This document shows, piece after piece, positions 60,064-64,000 of a DNA stretch of 64,000 nucleotides; the first letter of the stretch is position 1, and every line of letters begins with the position of its first letter. The notes under the pieces were generated by a model. It did not search any database. It saw only the letters and a list, made by a program, of their open reading frames with translations, and was not told the DNA's origin. Source of the DNA: Thermoplasmata archaeon (GTDB lineage: Archaea; Thermoplasmatota; Thermoplasmata; Thermoplasmatales; GCA-001856825); contig JAJYUZ010000001.1 of the NCBI GenBank assembly GCA_021792255.1, positions 384,001-448,000 of the forward strand, given 5' to 3'. Position numbers and translations under genes: made by a program.

Positions 60064-61058
60064 TTTAAAACCACCCTTGGATCCAAATACGCATACAGCA
60101 AATCGACTATAAAATTGGCAATAATGGTAGTAAATGTAATCATGACGAAAATTCCCTCGATCAGAGGATAATCAGAGACCGTCACGGCATTGTATAGAAC
60201 ATATCCAATCCCGGGGTAAGAGAATACGACTTCGACCAGAAACGCACCTCCAACGATTGATGCAAACGCTAGTGCGACGCTGGTCGCAACAGGTAACCTG
60301 GCGTTCTTGTTCACATACTGTTTCCTTATCGTATTGTCACTAAGTCCTTTGGCCTTGGCAAGGAGAACATAGTCCTCGTCTAGCACAGTCACTACCGTAT
60401 TTCTCATCAGAAGTGCAAATCCCGTGAAAGACGTGATAACAAGAGTTATAATCGGGAGCGCAGAATGTCTGAGTACCGATAGGACGAATGGAAGATTAGT
60501 TCCAGGGGTTACCGTTATTCCATATCCCTGAGCCACAGGGAATATATGAAAACCATTGATCACAATCAGAACTGCAAAAACGAGTTGGAATATTAGAGCC
60601 AGCCAGAAGTATGGTACTGAAGTGAGAGATATAGAAAAGCCCTGCAAGAATGAATCGCTTGCGCCTCTCTTCCATCCTGAATAGGAGCCAATGAATATTC
60701 CTAACACGATTGAAATCATCAAAGAGGTACCTAGGAGAAACAGGGTCCAAGGGAGATGTGTCATAATCAATTGCGAGACGGGCTCTGGATAATAATAGAA
60801 CGAAGGTCCAAAGTTTCCATGAATAAGGGACCCCCAAAATCCGACATATTGTTGCCACAGGGTACCTCCAAGATGGAGTTCGCTCTCGATTATCTTGAGC
60901 TGGTATGGATTTATGCGCCCTGCATATTTTGTAAGCAAAACATCCATAACTGGATTTCCCGGTACAGCCCTAGGAAGAAGAAAGACAAGGGTCAAAGCAA
61001 TGAAAAGAGTGATCGCCATATATATGGTTCTGCGTATAAGATACCGAAGCGTTATCAT
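60060..61058 (-). CDS. Opp/Dpp-type ABC permease (OppB-like)
   Basis: PGNP, EDYVLLAKAKGL, EVVFSYPGIG, DYPL, LDPRV. Confidence 0.92.
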   Translation of the reverse strand: MITLRYLIRRTIYMAITLFIALTLVFLLPRAVPGNPVMDVLLTKYAGRINPYQLKIIESELHLGGTLWQQYVGFWGSLIHGNFGPSFYYYPEPVSQLIMTHLPWTLFLLGTSLMISIVLGIFIGSYSGWKRGASDSFLQGFSISLTSVPYFWLALIFQLVFAVLIVINGFHIFPVAQGYGITVTPGTNLPFVLSVLRHSALPIITLVITSFTGFALLMRNTVVTVLDEDYVLLAKAKGLSDNTIRKQYVNKNARLPVATSVALAFASIVGGAFLVEVVFSYPGIGYVLYNAVTVSDYPLIEGIFVMITFTTIIANFIVDLLYAYLDPRVVLK

Positions 61059-61337
61059 TTCAATGTTATTAGCTCATGTGATATAGTCCTTTTTGAACCT
61101 GAACTTACCCTCCCCTCACTTCAATCTCATAGTCGTATACTTTGGTGACGAACCTAAAAATTAAGATCGGAGGTGCTCGTCTATCTAAGATAATTCTAAT
61201 TGCGAGTTTTCATAATTTAAATTTTAATTGAAATGCGTTCTTAACGACCCACTTTTTTAACTGTTTTAAGTGGGGTTTAAGTAGTTTATCTCTTAAAAGA
61301 CCAGAAATCTATAAATTCAGGATGTATTATAAAGTCT

Positions 61338-63182
61338 ATGACGTCTGAAAATTCTGGAAACAAAGGAACTAAGGTACGGAGTAAAATCTTGACAATAGCA
61401 ATTGTTACCTTCGTTCTGACTATGTCTTTCGCAGTTCTTTTTGCGAATGGAAACGCAGCAACGCAACCCAGCGGAACGTATATCTGGGGTACTCCGGTAA
61501 GTACTCCGGTCACGGACCTTAACCCGCTTGTGGCAACCAATCTTGCAGGCGAAGCGACAGCAATAATGTATCCAACAAGTCTTCTGTATCCTCTGTCAGA
61601 TGGCAGTTTGATACCCTGGCTAGCAGAAAACTACACGATAAGTTCAAACGGCTTGGTCTATACATTTAATTTAGTCCACAACGCAACGTGGATGAATGGA
61701 ACGAGTGTCGCTGGTCCAATAACTGCTCAGGATGTTGCATTTACATTCAATGTCCTTAAAGCAAATTCGACGCTCGATTCGTATGGAGTAGATCCCTATC
61801 TCAAGTCTGTCACCGCTGTGAACAACTATACGGTCCAATTCGTGCTTAACTCATCTTCAATAATGATGTTGACGTATCTTGCAACACAAACGGTAATACC
61901 CGCCGCGTGGGGATCCCTAGTGAATGGCAATCTTTCGGCGGTAGGAGGCTACAACAATCTTGACACACCTCACCAACTGCAGGCAGGGCCTTTTATCCTA
62001 CAGTCTGCAAGTGAAACCTCATTAAACTTCGTTGCAAATACTCATTTCTGGATGGGTACACCTCACGTACTGAATTTGATCGTTGAGCCGTTTAAGTCTA
62101 CCTCCGCAATGACTCTCTCATTCCAAAGTGGAGCTATTGACGCAGAGTATCCGGCCATCAGCGACTATGCTGCACTAAGCACAACCTCTAATGTAGTCAA
62201 CAATATTTACAAGGAACCCTGGTCATACTACCTGTGGGACAACACACAAGTAGCACCATACAACAACACGAGTTTCAGACAGGGGCTTGCTTATGCAATT
62301 AACAAGACTCAAATCATGCAGAAGGCAGAAGATGGCATAGGCGGAAGCGGATCGTATGGAGGAGAACCTTGGACGAATACTTCTTGGTGGGCAGCAGGTT
62401 TGCCCGAGTATAAGTACAACACCACACTCGCTACGCAGTCATTCGAAGCCGCTGGTCTTACTATGAAGGGAGGTTTCTGGACATATCCAAACGGGACTGC
62501 AGTGCAGATCAAGATCGTGGATCCACCAGTTTCTGATTGGACTACGGCTGCCTCTTTCATTGCCAATGACTTGGGCCAGGCAGGATTCCAGGTAACGGAG
62601 TCTATAGTGCCTTTCAGTACATGGGCAACCGACATGTTCCACAGCAAAGTGTCCCAAGCAACTAATGTCATCAGCTACTTTGGTGCAACGCCATCATACT
62701 CCAACGCTTGGTATGTGTTACAGGACCTTTATTCCTACAACAGCTTCTGGGATGGCTATATAACTCACTGGAACAATGCAACGGTCAACAACATATTCAA
62801 TCAGACAGCGACCTTGGTCAATAACAACACATTACTGCTCCAAAAACTTGCAGTAGCACAGAGAATAATTGCACAGCAGGTACCAATGGTTCTGATAGGA
62901 GATGTTGGCAATTACTATGCGTATAACGATCAGAAGATAACCGGATTTGTTGCAAACGAGCCACCAGATGGAACCTACAATCTGATAAGAATATCAGTAC
63001 CATCCTCGGTAACGACTACCCCAACTTCGACGATACCTTCCTACGTGTATGCACTGATAGTAGTGATTGTTCTGATAGTTGTCATAGTGCCTATAGTCTA
63101 CATAATGTCCAAGAGAGGAAAGGCGAAGAAAACGGAAGAAGCCCCCTCGACACAACCGCAGGAACCTGAAAAGAAAACATAG
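61338..63182 (+). CDS. Family-5 ABC substrate-binding protein (OppA/DppA-like), C-terminally membrane-anchored
   Basis: Signal peptide, LNP, PWLAE, ITAQDVAFT, GPF, FRQGLAYAIN; Ser/Thr linker, TM and charged tail. Confidence 0.9.
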   Translation: MTSENSGNKGTKVRSKILTIAIVTFVLTMSFAVLFANGNAATQPSGTYIWGTPVSTPVTDLNPLVATNLAGEATAIMYPTSLLYPLSDGSLIPWLAENYTISSNGLVYTFNLVHNATWMNGTSVAGPITAQDVAFTFNVLKANSTLDSYGVDPYLKSVTAVNNYTVQFVLNSSSIMMLTYLATQTVIPAAWGSLVNGNLSAVGGYNNLDTPHQLQAGPFILQSASETSLNFVANTHFWMGTPHVLNLIVEPFKSTSAMTLSFQSGAIDAEYPAISDYAALSTTSNVVNNIYKEPWSYYLWDNTQVAPYNNTSFRQGLAYAINKTQIMQKAEDGIGGSGSYGGEPWTNTSWWAAGLPEYKYNTTLATQSFEAAGLTMKGGFWTYPNGTAVQIKIVDPPVSDWTTAASFIANDLGQAGFQVTESIVPFSTWATDMFHSKVSQATNVISYFGATPSYSNAWYVLQDLYSYNSFWDGYITHWNNATVNNIFNQTATLVNNNTLLLQKLAVAQRIIAQQVPMVLIGDVGNYYAYNDQKITGFVANEPPDGTYNLIRISVPSSVTTTPTSTIPSYVYALIVVIVLIVVIVPIVYIMSKRGKAKKTEEAPSTQPQEPEKKT

Positions 63183-63194
63183 TATTTGACCATC

Positions 63195-63222
63195 TTTTTT
63201 TTATTTTTCTTTATTTTCTTTC
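63195..63222 (+). terminator. U-rich archaeal terminator downstream of the OppA-like gene
   Basis: Long T-rich tract beginning about 12 nt after the stop codon. Confidence 0.55.
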
Positions 63223-63304
63223 AATTTTAAATCACAGCTAACCTCTTTTGAATCGCTAGGATTTGTGACCACATTTTAATTATACGAACCTGAATTCTCT
63301 CCAG

Positions 63305-64000
63305 TCACCGGTAGATTAGGAATTCTTCTCTATTCTCGATAAACAACGACTCATCAGATTTCAGTTTCTCTTCAAGCGCTTCCATTTCACCGTTTTGGAG
63401 GTAGTTTCTTATCAGAGAAGTGCCAGCAACTCGGTCAAAATAGTCGTTGTGAAACTGGAATTCTTCTGGATAGTCGTGAATTAATAAGTCCAGTAGCCTG
63501 GCACTGAATATGAATGGCCTAAATTTGTTCCTGTCTCTTATGTGAACCTCAATGCCCTGACATTTCATACCCTGGAACTTTGAGAACGTCGGTGTGAACC
63601 TGATCTCGCTTACTGCCACACCGGGCATATTAAGATCGTTGATTTCGTGGGCGAATTTGTGACCATCTATCCACGGTGCACCGATTATCTCAAACGGTTT
63701 TGTAGTTCCCCTTCCTTCAGAGACGTTTGTTCCCTCGAACATTACCTGTCCGGGATAAACGGTGGCCGTGTCAATTGAGGGCATGTTGGGAGACGGAAGT
63801 GTCCATGGCCATCCCGTTTCATCAAACCACATTTTTCTATTCCAAGAAGCCATCCTTGAGATTCTTAAATCGACCCTGTTCTCGAACAAATTTGCATTGG
63901 TCATCGAGGCAAGCTCCCCTAACGTCATTCCGTGCCTCATCGTAATGGCATAGGCACCAATATAAGATCTGTACTTGGGATAATCAAGAATTGGCCCTTC
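63305..64000 (-). CDS. namZ: Exo-beta-N-acetylmuramidase NamZ (DUF1343/YbbC family), 5' part outside the window
   Basis: Frame open to the window end: EGPILD...RHGMTLGELA, W.LPSPNMP, YPG, EGTNVSEGRGTTKPFE.IGAPW, FTPTFSKF, FDRVAGT. Confidence 0.88.
   Translation of the reverse strand, partial: EGPILDYPKYRSYIGAYAITMRHGMTLGELASMTNANLFENRVDLRISRMASWNRKMWFDETGWPWTLPSPNMPSIDTATVYPGQVMFEGTNVSEGRGTTKPFEIIGAPWIDGHKFAHEINDLNMPGVAVSEIRFTPTFSKFQGMKCQGIEVHIRDRNKFRPFIFSARLLDLLIHDYPEEFQFHNDYFDRVAGTSLIRNYLQNGEMEALEEKLKSDESLFIENREEFLIYR

Noticed and set aside
620-63953. Numerous 60-180 aa ORFs antisense to or nested in the called genes
   Set aside because: Shadow ORFs of well-supported genes with no independent motifs
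1-64000. CRISPR array, rRNA, intact transposase or integrase
   Set aside because: No regularly spaced repeats, rRNA-like sequence or recognisable recombinase motifs seen

Overview
Archaeal chromosomal window, most likely a Thermoplasmatales-type acidophile (archaeal CCA-adding enzyme, NAC, ArcS, archaeal-type TIM, TrmB, CCA-less tRNA-Lys, GDGT ring-synthase-like radical SAM, sequon-rich membrane-anchored solute-binding proteins). In order: methylmalonyl-CoA mutase/aconitase; a frameshifted MMPL transporter and a fatty-acid beta-oxidation/ETF cluster (4.4-23 kb); housekeeping genes including a tandem-RHH CdrS-like regulator coupled to a degenerate FtsZ-like gene; tRNA-Lys followed by a small arsenic-resistance islet; a TrmB-linked maltodextrin uptake/degradation cluster (38-48 kb). 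The main finding is a cluster of at least 15.6 kb (48.4 kb to the window end) that looks like a bacterial peptidoglycan scavenging pathway in an archaeon not expected to make peptidoglycan: a surface-anchored NlpC/P60-superfamily amidase, an Opp-type ABC importer, NamZ, an AmiE-like amidase, a YkfC-like peptidase, a GlmA-like GNAT, MurQ, NagA, and a GlcD/GlcF dehydrogenase that could oxidise the D-lactate MurQ releases. All calls come from recognising motifs by eye; no database searches were run.
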